Source: an uncultured Clostridia bacterium (GTDB lineage Bacteria; Bacillota; Clostridia; TANB77; CAG-508). From it: a stretch of DNA of 64,000 nt. Positions 39,915 to 48,525 of this stretch are shown piece by piece (positions within the stretch are counted from its first letter, which is position 1; every line of letters begins with the position of its first letter). Location of the stretch: assembly GCA_934101145.1 (NCBI GenBank), contig CAKOPZ010000003.1, positions 6,589-70,588 on the forward strand, written 5' to 3'. The notes under the pieces are model-generated. The model was not told the origin of the DNA and made no database searches. It worked only from the letters and a program-made list of their open reading frames with translations. The position numbers and the translations under genes are program-made.

Positions 39915-40743
39915 GCTTTATAAGCTTATACAATGTTTCTTTTAATTCATTCCTTTCAACAATTTTGTCAACAAATCCATGTTCTAACAAAAACTCTGCT
40001 GTTTGAAATCCTTCTGGTAATTTTTCTTTTATAGTTTGCTCTATAACTCTTTGACCTGCAAACCCTATCATTGCATTTGGTTCTGCTAAAACAATATCTC
40101 CCAAACTTGCAAATGATGCTGTAACTCCTCCATACGTTGGGTCTGTGAGCACAGATATATACAAAAGTCCTGCTTCATCAAGTTTAGTTAATGCTTCTGT
40201 AGTTTTTGCCATTTGCATTAAAGATATAATACCTTCTTGCATCCTTGCACCACCCGATGTACAAAATATTATTATTGGGATTTTAAGCCTTATTGCTTGC
40301 TCTATGGCATATGTTATTTTTTCTCCAACAACTGCTCCCATGCTTCCCATCAAAAAACCACTGTCCATTATACAAATTACTATATTTTCTCCATTAATTT
40401 TTCCTGTTCCACATGCAACAGCTTCTTCTAATCCTGTTTTTTCTCTTAGAATTTTCAATTTTTTAGGATAATCTTCTATTTCTAATGGGTTAGTTGTTTC
40501 AATATTTAAATCAAATCTTTTATATGTTCCCTTATCAATTATAAGTTCTAACCTTCTATTAATATGCATTCTAAAATAATGACCACAATTAGGACAAATA
40601 TTGTAATTTTCTCTAACTGTTTCTTTATACAAAATTTCTTTGCACTTTTCACATTTTACCCATTTTCCAACAGGTATATCTATATTTGCTTTTTTATTTA
40701 TCAAAGCTTTGTTTTCTCTTTTTTTAATTTTATCAACAATCAT
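39883..40743 (-). CDS. accD: Acetyl-CoA carboxylase carboxyltransferase beta subunit
   Basis: N-terminal CxxC...CxxC zinc ribbon and GGARMQEG. Confidence 0.9.
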   Translation of the reverse strand: MIVDKIKKRENKALINKKANIDIPVGKWVKCEKCKEILYKETVRENYNICPNCGHYFRMHINRRLELIIDKGTYKRFDLNIETTNPLEIEDYPKKLKILREKTGLEEAVACGTGKINGENIVICIMDSGFLMGSMGAVVGEKITYAIEQAIRLKIPIIIFCTSGGARMQEGIISLMQMAKTTEALTKLDEAGLLYISVLTDPTYGGVTASFASLGDIVLAEPNAMIGFAGQRVIEQTIKEKLPEGFQTAEFLLEHGFVDKIVERNELKETLYKLIKLGKGGRYYEK

Positions 40744-40752
40744 TTTCTTTCC

Positions 40753-42093
40753 CTACTTTAATATTTCCTTTTCAATAAATGAAGTATCAAAATTTCCTCT
40801 TATAAAATTTCTATTTGTTATTATATCAAAAAGAAAATCTCTATTTGTATCAACACCATCTATAACTAGCTCCTCTAGTGCTCTTTTCATTTTGCTAATT
40901 GCTTCATTTCTATTTGAGCCATATGCAATTATTTTTGCAATCATAGAATCATAATATGGAGGGATTAAATAGCCATTATATATTGCTGTATCTATTCTTA
41001 TCCCATTTCCTCCAGGAAAATTCATATCATTTATTTTCCCCGGTGATGGTCTAAATTTTTGATTTGGGTTTTCTGCATTAATTCTACACTCAATTGCATG
41101 GCCTCTAAATTCAATTTCCTTTTGTTTAACTTTTAATGTTTCTCCTGCTGCAATTTTTATTTGTTCTTTTACTAAGTCTATTCCTGTTCGCATCTCTGTT
41201 ATTGGATGCTCTACTTGAATTCTCGTATTCATTTCCATAAAATAAAAATTCTTATCACTATCAACTAAAAACTCAACTGTACCTACACTTGTATAACCTG
41301 CAATTTTTGCAACCTTTACAGCAATATTTCCCATTTTACATCTTAATTTTTCATCAACAATTGTAGATGGTGTTTCTTCTAATATTTTTTGATGTTTCCT
41401 TTGTATTGTACAATCTCTTTCACCTAGATGAACTACATTTCCATGTTCATCTGCCATTATTTGAATTTCTACATGTCTAGGCTCTTTTATATATTTTTCT
41501 ATGTAAATCTCATCATTTCCAAACGAGTTTTTTGCCTCTTGTTTTACTAAATTATAATTTTCTTCAAGTTCATTAAAAGAATTGACAAGTCTTATTCCTT
41601 TTCCGCCACCACCTGCTGACGCCTTCAACAGTATAGGATATCCAATTTTTTCACATACAAGTATTGCTTCTTTCAAGTTGTTTATACTACCTTCAGAACC
41701 TTCAATAACAGGTATTCCTTCTTTTCTCATAAGTTTTTTACTATTTGATTTATTACCAAGTAAATCGATAATTTCTGATTTTGGTCCTATAAATTTTATA
41801 TTTGATTCTTCGCATATTTTGGCAAATTGTGAATTTTCTGATAAAAATCCAAACCCTGGGTGAATACTATCCGCTTTTGTAATATTTGCTGCTTCTATAA
41901 TATTTTTAATATTTAAATAACTTTTTTTAGAATCCGCAGGTCCTATACAAACTGCCTCATCTGCAAGTTTTGTGTGCAATGCATCTTTGTCAGCTTCTGA
42001 ATAGACCGCCACTGTTTTAATATTCATTTCTTTACATGCTCTTATTATTCGAACTGCTATTTCTCCTCTATTTGCAATTAAAATTTTATTCAA
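40753..42093 (-). CDS. accC: Biotin carboxylase
   Basis: 446-aa ATP-grasp protein starting ILIANRGEIAVRIIRA, with GGGGKGIR. Confidence 0.95.
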   Translation of the reverse strand: MNKILIANRGEIAVRIIRACKEMNIKTVAVYSEADKDALHTKLADEAVCIGPADSKKSYLNIKNIIEAANITKADSIHPGFGFLSENSQFAKICEESNIKFIGPKSEIIDLLGNKSNSKKLMRKEGIPVIEGSEGSINNLKEAILVCEKIGYPILLKASAGGGGKGIRLVNSFNELEENYNLVKQEAKNSFGNDEIYIEKYIKEPRHVEIQIMADEHGNVVHLGERDCTIQRKHQKILEETPSTIVDEKLRCKMGNIAVKVAKIAGYTSVGTVEFLVDSDKNFYFMEMNTRIQVEHPITEMRTGIDLVKEQIKIAAGETLKVKQKEIEFRGHAIECRINAENPNQKFRPSPGKINDMNFPGGNGIRIDTAIYNGYLIPPYYDSMIAKIIAYGSNRNEAISKMKRALEELVIDGVDTNRDFLFDIITNRNFIRGNFDTSFIEKEILK

Positions 42094-42105
42094 GTTTTTT
42101 CCTCC

Positions 42106-42528
42106 TTATACAATAGCAAATGTAAATTCACCTTTTGCGACCAATTTTCCTTCAACCGTCGCAATTCCTTCTCCAACTCCTATTGGTCCTTTTTCTTTTA
42201 TAATTTTTACTTCAAGTTTTAACCTATCTCCAGGAATAACCATTTTTTTAAATTTCATTTTATCAATTCCTGCAAACAACGCATTTTTTCCTTTATTCTC
42301 TTCCTTAGAAAGAATTGCAACAGCACCAGCCTGAGCAAGTGACTCTGCAATAAGCACTCCAGGCATTATTGGATTTGCAGGAAAATGTCCTTTAAAATAC
42401 CATTCATCTATGCAAACATTTTTATATGCTATTGCCATATTTCCAGGTATATACTCCTCTATTTCATCTATCATCAAAAAAGGTTCTCTTTGCGGAATTA
42501 TCTCTTTTATTTTTTCTTTATTTAACAT
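42106..42528 (-). CDS. fabZ: 3-hydroxyacyl-ACP dehydratase
   Basis: HFPANPIMPGVL hot-dog motif. Confidence 0.9.
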   Translation of the reverse strand: MLNKEKIKEIIPQREPFLMIDEIEEYIPGNMAIAYKNVCIDEWYFKGHFPANPIMPGVLIAESLAQAGAVAILSKEENKGKNALFAGIDKMKFKKMVIPGDRLKLEVKIIKEKGPIGVGEGIATVEGKLVAKGEFTFAIV

Positions 42529-42549
42529 ATTATCCTCCTGTATTTAGCT

Positions 42550-43017
42550 CTAGCTAATGGCAAACAATTTACTTCCATATTCAACTGGTTCTCCGTCTTT
42601 TATAAATATTTCAGTAATCTTTCCATCGTATTCACATTCAATTTCATTCATCAATTTCATAGCTTCTATTATACAAAGTGTATCACCTTTTTTTACAACC
42701 TTTCCAATTTCAACATATGGATTTGAAGTAGGCGATGGTTTCAAATAAAATGTTCCAACCATAGGAGATTTTACAATTTTGCCTTCAACTTTATCTTCAC
42801 CATTTTTCTGTGGGCATATCATATTTTCAGTATTTAATTCAGTTTTTTCTATTACATTTTCCTCAGATTTAATTATAGTATTTAATTCCTTTTCTTCCTT
42901 CTTCATACTAATTTTAGTTCCATCCGGAAAGTCTATCTCAATACTTGAAAGTTTAGATTCTCCCATATCATTCATAAGCTGTTTTATTTTTTCATATTCC
43001 ATTATCTGCCTTCCCAC
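42550..43017 (-). CDS. accB: Biotin carboxyl carrier protein
   Basis: C-terminal EAMKLMNEI biotinyl-lysine motif. Confidence 0.9.
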   Translation of the reverse strand: MGRQIMEYEKIKQLMNDMGESKLSSIEIDFPDGTKISMKKEEKELNTIIKSEENVIEKTELNTENMICPQKNGEDKVEGKIVKSPMVGTFYLKPSPTSNPYVEIGKVVKKGDTLCIIEAMKLMNEIECEYDGKITEIFIKDGEPVEYGSKLFAIS

Positions 43018-44243
43018 CTTTTTAATATAATACTACTGTTATGACCTCCAAATCCTAAGGAATTTGACATAACGATGTTAAGTTTTGCATTTCTTACCTC
43101 ATTTGCAACAATATCTAAATCACACTCTTCATCTTTTTCTTTATAATTGATTGTCGGAGGTATGATTTGATCTTGTAATGCTTTTATGCAAAATATTGCT
43201 TCAACTCCACCTGCAGCTCCAAGTAGATGACCAGTATTTCCCTTAGTTGAACTTACAGGCAAGTTATATGCTTTTTCTTTAAATACATTTTTTATAGCCA
43301 TGGTCTCTGTTGAATCATTCAAATGAGTAGAAGTACCATGTGCATTTATATAATCAATATCATTTGAATTAATATTTGCATTTTCTATTGCTCTTATCAT
43401 TGCTTTTTTTGCACCTTCTCCATCAGGACAAGGTGATGTAATATGATATGCATCTGTTGTAGCACCATACCCAATTATTTCTGCGTAAATGTTTGCATTT
43501 CTTTTTAATGCATGTTCAAGTTCTTCTAAAACAACAACTCCTGCACCTTCACCCATTACAAATCCATTTCTTTCCTTATCAAATGGTATACTTGCTCTAT
43601 TTTTATCTGTACTACTTGATAAAGCCTTCATATTTTCAAACCCTGCTACACCAACTTCACAAATAGAACTTTCTGTTCCTCCAGCAATAACTATATCTTC
43701 CTGTCCCATGATAATTGTTTTATATGCTTCTCCAATTGAGTGAGTCGAAGACGCACATGCTGTTACAATCCCCATTGATTCCCCTTTAAAACCAAATTCA
43801 ATCGCAATATTTCCAGAAGGCATATTGGCAATTGACATTGGAATAAACATTGGAGAAACCCTTTTATTACCTTTTTCAAAATATGCTTCACACTGATTTT
43901 GTATTGTTGTAAGTCCTGCTATACCAGAACTCACAAATATTCCAACTCTATCAAAATCAGTATTTTCTCTTTCAATTTTTGAATCAGCTATTGCTTCTCT
44001 TGCCGCAATTATTGCAAATTGTGAAGACCTATCTAATCTTTTAGCTTGCTTTAAATCAAAATATTCTAATTGGTCATATTCTTTTACTTCAGCATCTAAT
44101 TTTGTTTTAAAATTTGATGCATTAAATAATGTAATTTCATCAATTCCACATTTCTTTTGTTTTATTGAATTCCATGACTCCAAAACATTTTTTCCAATTG
44201 GAGTAATTGCTCCTAAGCCTGTTATAACAACTCTTTTTTTCAA
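43002..44243 (-). CDS. fabF: 3-oxoacyl-ACP synthase II
   Basis: 413 aa with ACASS (active Cys), HGTST and GHLLGAAG motifs. Confidence 0.95.
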   Translation of the reverse strand: MKKRVVITGLGAITPIGKNVLESWNSIKQKKCGIDEITLFNASNFKTKLDAEVKEYDQLEYFDLKQAKRLDRSSQFAIIAAREAIADSKIERENTDFDRVGIFVSSGIAGLTTIQNQCEAYFEKGNKRVSPMFIPMSIANMPSGNIAIEFGFKGESMGIVTACASSTHSIGEAYKTIIMGQEDIVIAGGTESSICEVGVAGFENMKALSSSTDKNRASIPFDKERNGFVMGEGAGVVVLEELEHALKRNANIYAEIIGYGATTDAYHITSPCPDGEGAKKAMIRAIENANINSNDIDYINAHGTSTHLNDSTETMAIKNVFKEKAYNLPVSSTKGNTGHLLGAAGGVEAIFCIKALQDQIIPPTINYKEKDEECDLDIVANEVRNAKLNIVMSNSLGFGGHNSSIILKRWEGR

Positions 44244-44255
44244 TTTTAATTCCTC

Positions 44256-44990
44256 CTACATAACCATTCCACCATCAATGTTTATAACCTGACCTGTTAT
44301 ATATGAACTCTCTTCCGATGCCAGAAATTTAACAACATTTGCAACATCTGTAGCATTTCCAAATCTTTTCAATGGAATATTTTTAATTAACTCCTGTTTA
44401 ATCTCGTCTTTTAGAATATTGGTCATATCTGTTTGTATAAAACCTGGAGCAACTGCATTTACAAGAATATTCCTGCTTCCAACTTCTTTTGCAAGACTTT
44501 TAGTAAATCCAATTATCCCTGCTTTTGAAGCCGAATAATTTGTTTGACCTGCATTTCCAGTTATTCCTACAACAGAAGAAATATTTATAATCCTACCATT
44601 TTTTTGTTTCATCATATATGGAATTACATTTTTAGTAATATTAAATGTTCCTACCAGATTCACATCAATAACATCTGTAAAATCAGATTCTTTCATTCTC
44701 ATAAGTAACATATCTCTTGTAATTCCAGCATTATTTACAAGAACATCTATTTTTTCCAATTCACTAATTATTTGTTTTATCATATTGGTACATGCCTCAA
44801 AATCAGAAACATCACCGCAAACTGCTATACATCTTACATTAAATCCTTTTATTTCATTTAACAATTCCGTTAAATCATCGTTTTCTGTTCTATAATTTAT
44901 AGCAATATCATATCCACAACTTGCAAGTTTTAAAGCAATACTTTTTCCAATTCCACGTGTAGCACCTGTTATAAACGCAACTTTACTCAT
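44256..44990 (-). CDS. fabG: 3-oxoacyl-ACP reductase
   Basis: SDR motifs TGATRGIG and YSASKAG. Confidence 0.9.
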   Translation of the reverse strand: MSKVAFITGATRGIGKSIALKLASCGYDIAINYRTENDDLTELLNEIKGFNVRCIAVCGDVSDFEACTNMIKQIISELEKIDVLVNNAGITRDMLLMRMKESDFTDVIDVNLVGTFNITKNVIPYMMKQKNGRIINISSVVGITGNAGQTNYSASKAGIIGFTKSLAKEVGSRNILVNAVAPGFIQTDMTNILKDEIKQELIKNIPLKRFGNATDVANVVKFLASEESSYITGQVINIDGGMVM

Positions 44991-45009
44991 TTTTTCTACT
45001 TCCTTCCTA

Positions 45010-45966
45010 TCATATTGTTAAATTAGATTTTATTGTCCGAATCGTATTAATTACATCTTCCAAACTTTTGCAATCATTAATACTAAAAATTTTTATCTGT
45101 TTTTCAAATTTCATCCTTTTAACAAATCCACTTAAAGTCCTACTAGGTCCTATTTCAATAAATGTGTCAATTCCATTCTCATACATTGTTGTCAAGCACT
45201 TTGAAAATTTTACTGGACTTATAATGTGATTTGATAAAATATCTACTAAATTATCATCATTGTCATAAATTTCGCCATTAACATTTTTTACAACATGGCT
45301 ATTTTTATGATTTATTTTGATTTTTTCAAGTTCTTTTCTAAGCATATTTGAACATTCTTGTAATTTTTCTGTATGAAACGGTCCTTCTGTCTTTAAAACA
45401 CTGACCTTCTTTGCTCCAAATTCTTTTGCAAATATGCTTGCTTGTTCAACTGCTTTTTCATCTCCAGAAATTACAACTTGACCTATAGTATTAAAATTTG
45501 CAGCAGATACAAAACCTTTTTTTACTTTTTTACATGCTTCAATAACCTTTTCATCATCAATTCCAAGTATTGCAGCCATTTTCCATTGGCCTTTTGGAGT
45601 AAATTCTTGCATTATTTCTCCACGTTTTTTTACAAGTCTTACTCCATCTTCAAATGAAATTACTTCATCTTCTATAAGTGCTGTATATTCACCAAGACTT
45701 AATCCTGCTGACATATCTGCTTTTATATTATTTTCCTTTAAAACTTTAACTATTGCCAAACTTTCTGTTAACACTGCAAGTTGAGTATTTTTTGTTTTAT
45801 TTAATTCTTCTTCTGGCCCTATAAAAGATATATCTTTTATGGGAATGCCAGTTATCTTTTCAACACTATCATACACTTTTTTAGCAGGTAAATAATTTTC
45901 ATATAAATCTTTCCCCATACCTACTGTCTGTGAACCTTGACCAGAAAATAAAAAACCTATTTTCAA
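45010..45966 (-). CDS. fabD: Malonyl-CoA:ACP transacylase
   Basis: Motifs GQGSQ and GLSLGEY. Confidence 0.9.
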   Translation of the reverse strand: MKIGFLFSGQGSQTVGMGKDLYENYLPAKKVYDSVEKITGIPIKDISFIGPEEELNKTKNTQLAVLTESLAIVKVLKENNIKADMSAGLSLGEYTALIEDEVISFEDGVRLVKKRGEIMQEFTPKGQWKMAAILGIDDEKVIEACKKVKKGFVSAANFNTIGQVVISGDEKAVEQASIFAKEFGAKKVSVLKTEGPFHTEKLQECSNMLRKELEKIKINHKNSHVVKNVNGEIYDNDDNLVDILSNHIISPVKFSKCLTTMYENGIDTFIEIGPSRTLSGFVKRMKFEKQIKIFSINDCKSLEDVINTIRTIKSNLTI

Positions 45967-46541
45967 ATTTTAATCCTCCTATTAATTTCTTTTTCAAATA
46001 TATTGCAAAATTCAGCTATAACTTCTTCTCTATCAATATCTACTTTAAATTCATTTTTTATAGATGTCGCAATATCTTTTATATCATTCGTAAAATATTT
46101 TTTATTTATATTAATCCCAATACCAATAACCAAATATCTTATATATTTACCATTTATTTTTCCTTGTGTTAAAATACCACCTATTTTTTTGTTATTAATC
46201 ATAAGATCATTAGGTTCTTTTATTTGAATATTGATTTTATATTTTTCTTTAAACATATCTACCAAAATTTTTGCAATATCTATTGTTAGGCCATCAAGCC
46301 TTTCAATCTCACAATTTGTTTGGATATAAAAAGAAAATGCTATATTACCTTTTTCGTCAGTATGCCAAATTCTGCCATGTGTACCCTTTCCTGCTGTTTG
46401 AATGTCAGCCATAATTACACTGCCATTTATTATTTGTCCTTTTTTGATTCTTCTAAAAATTTCATTTTGTGTTGAATCTATTTCTTCATAAAAATAAAAA
46501 TCTCTACCAAGAAAATTAGTTTTCAAATTTCTCAATTTCAT
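45963..46541 (-). CDS. birA: Minimal biotin--protein ligase (catalytic domain only)
   Basis: 192 aa. The GKGTHGRIWH motif corresponds to GRGRxGRxW. No HTH is present and no room is left for the usual C-terminal domain. Confidence 0.7.
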   Translation of the reverse strand: MKLRNLKTNFLGRDFYFYEEIDSTQNEIFRRIKKGQIINGSVIMADIQTAGKGTHGRIWHTDEKGNIAFSFYIQTNCEIERLDGLTIDIAKILVDMFKEKYKINIQIKEPNDLMINNKKIGGILTQGKINGKYIRYLVIGIGININKKYFTNDIKDIATSIKNEFKVDIDREEVIAEFCNIFEKEINRRIKI

Positions 46542-48240
46542 CTAAATTAGCCTGCCTTTTTATTTTGTTTGTTGTTGTTTTTATTAAATCCTTTTCAGAT
46601 AAAATCATACCACGAATCGCCTTATACTTAGGCATTTGCCTATTAAGTTCTTTAATCTTTTCAAATAAAACCTTATATATTTCATCATCTGTTTCAACCT
46701 TATATGCATTTTTCACAATTTCTCTATCAAACACAATTTTTACATTTATTTTTACATTTTCTGTATCTCTAGATTGCCTTTTTCCAAAAATAAATGATTC
46801 CTTCACACCTTCTATTTTGTTTACTAAACTTTCCATTTCCTCAGGAAATATATTTTTTCCATTTTTTAAAACAATAACACTTTTCTTTCTACCACAAATA
46901 AAAATATACCCATCTTCATCTATCTTAGCCAAATCTCCTGTATAGAACCAATCACCTCTAAAAGCCTCTTTTGTTGCCTTTGCATCATTATAATATCCCA
47001 TTGCAACATTTGGTCCTTTTACAGCAAGCTCTCCAATTCCTTCAAAATTAATATCTACCAGTTTAGCTTCAACACTTGGTACTGTTTTTCCAATTGATCC
47101 ACATCTATATTCTTTGCTAGTTCCAACAGCTACAACAGGTGATGTTTCTGTAAGACCATATCCTTGCACTAAATTAAATCCAAGCCTTCTGTATCCATCT
47201 TCAATTTTAGAGTCAAGAGCTGCTGCACCAGAAATAAATAATTTTATATTTCCTCCAAGTAAATTATGAATATCTTGAAAAGCTTTTTTCTTATCTTTCA
47301 TTGATGCATTTTTTAAATTTTCTTCTTTTTCTAAAATCTCCTCCAGTTTTCCTTGCTTTTCTAACTGTTTTCTAATCATCATAAAAATACGTTCATAAAT
47401 TCCAGGTACGCACGCCATAACAGATACTTTGTATTCATTTAAGTTTTCTACAATATGTCTTAATCCATCGCAAAATACTGTTGTAGCACCTTTATATAGA
47501 GAAAACAAAAAGCCAACTGTACACTCAAACACATGATGTATTGGTAATATAGATAAAAGCGTGTCATCAGATGTTATATCTAATATACTACCAATATCCA
47601 TCAAATTTGAGCAAATATTTCTATGAGATAATGCAACAACTTTTGAAGCAGAAGTTGTACCAGATGTAAAAAGCATAATGCTCATTTTTTCACTATCAAT
47701 CTTAGCATTTATAAAATCTTTTTTCCCTTTTTCTAATAATATTTTTCCCTTTTTTATAAGTTCTTTTTCAGAATAAATACCATCTTTACTTACAGTTCTA
47801 TCCATTGAAATAATGTGTTTAAGTTTATTGCTTTCATTAAATTTAATTTTCGTTAAAACTTCTTCATATTTTTCAGAACAGAATATGGCTTCAACTTCTG
47901 ATCTCTCAATCAAGGATTCTAGTTCATTTTCAGGTAAAGATTTATCAAGTGGAACTACAACCCCTGTACCGCAAACAATTGCCAAATATGCAATTTCCCA
48001 TTCATATCTATTTTCACCAATTACAGCAATTCTTTTATCTTTAAGTCCAATATCAATTAGTGCTGTACCTAAATTATCTATCATATCTCTTACTTGTCCA
48101 TGCGTAAGATTTATATACTCTTTTTCATTTTCTTTTTTTCTTATTTTATATGCAATTTTATCTTTGTACATTTCTTTTGTTTTATTTAGCATATCCTTTA
48201 AATTATGTATTTCAATAATGTCATATAATTTTTCACTCAT
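46516..48240 (-). CDS. AMP-forming acyl-CoA (or acyl-ACP) synthetase, paralog 1
   Basis: 574 aa with adenylate-forming motifs LFTSGTTSASK, GYGLTE and YTGDL. First gene of the FASII cluster. Confidence 0.85.
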   Translation of the reverse strand: MSEKLYDIIEIHNLKDMLNKTKEMYKDKIAYKIRKKENEKEYINLTHGQVRDMIDNLGTALIDIGLKDKRIAVIGENRYEWEIAYLAIVCGTGVVVPLDKSLPENELESLIERSEVEAIFCSEKYEEVLTKIKFNESNKLKHIISMDRTVSKDGIYSEKELIKKGKILLEKGKKDFINAKIDSEKMSIMLFTSGTTSASKVVALSHRNICSNLMDIGSILDITSDDTLLSILPIHHVFECTVGFLFSLYKGATTVFCDGLRHIVENLNEYKVSVMACVPGIYERIFMMIRKQLEKQGKLEEILEKEENLKNASMKDKKKAFQDIHNLLGGNIKLFISGAAALDSKIEDGYRRLGFNLVQGYGLTETSPVVAVGTSKEYRCGSIGKTVPSVEAKLVDINFEGIGELAVKGPNVAMGYYNDAKATKEAFRGDWFYTGDLAKIDEDGYIFICGRKKSVIVLKNGKNIFPEEMESLVNKIEGVKESFIFGKRQSRDTENVKINVKIVFDREIVKNAYKVETDDEIYKVLFEKIKELNRQMPKYKAIRGMILSEKDLIKTTTNKIKRQANLDEIEKFEN

Positions 48241-48303
48241 ACATTTTTCCTTTCCATTTGTAAATTTGTATATTTTTTATATCACATTTTTTTAACATAG
48301 TCT

Positions 48304-48323
48304 TTAGACTGGAAGGTCAGTAC
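48304..48323. promoter_or_regulatory. Palindromic box TTAGACTGGAAGGTCAGT upstream of acyl-CoA synthetase paralog 1
   Basis: 16 of 18 positions are identical to the box at 54916-54933. Both lie about 60-85 nt upstream of the paralogs' start codons. Confidence 0.55.
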
Positions 48324-48383
48324 AATTTTGAAATTTTCCATAAAAAAATACATGCTTTACGTTTCATAAAACATGTATTTTTT

Positions 48384-48511
48384 ATATACTAGGAAATTTC
48401 TCATTTCCTAGTATATAAAATGCTACAATCGCTATTGCCTTTGAGCTTTCCTCCTTTTAGTCGGAAACTCAAATCGGCAAGAACAAAGGGCGACTTAAAG
48501 TCGCTTTGTTC
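48384..48511. repeat. Intergenic repeat family B, copy B2 (inverted relative to B1)
   Basis: Its reverse complement aligns end to end with 37846-37975. One stem pair changes from A-T to G-C. Confidence 0.8.
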
Positions 48512-48525
48512 TATTTTATTCTAAT

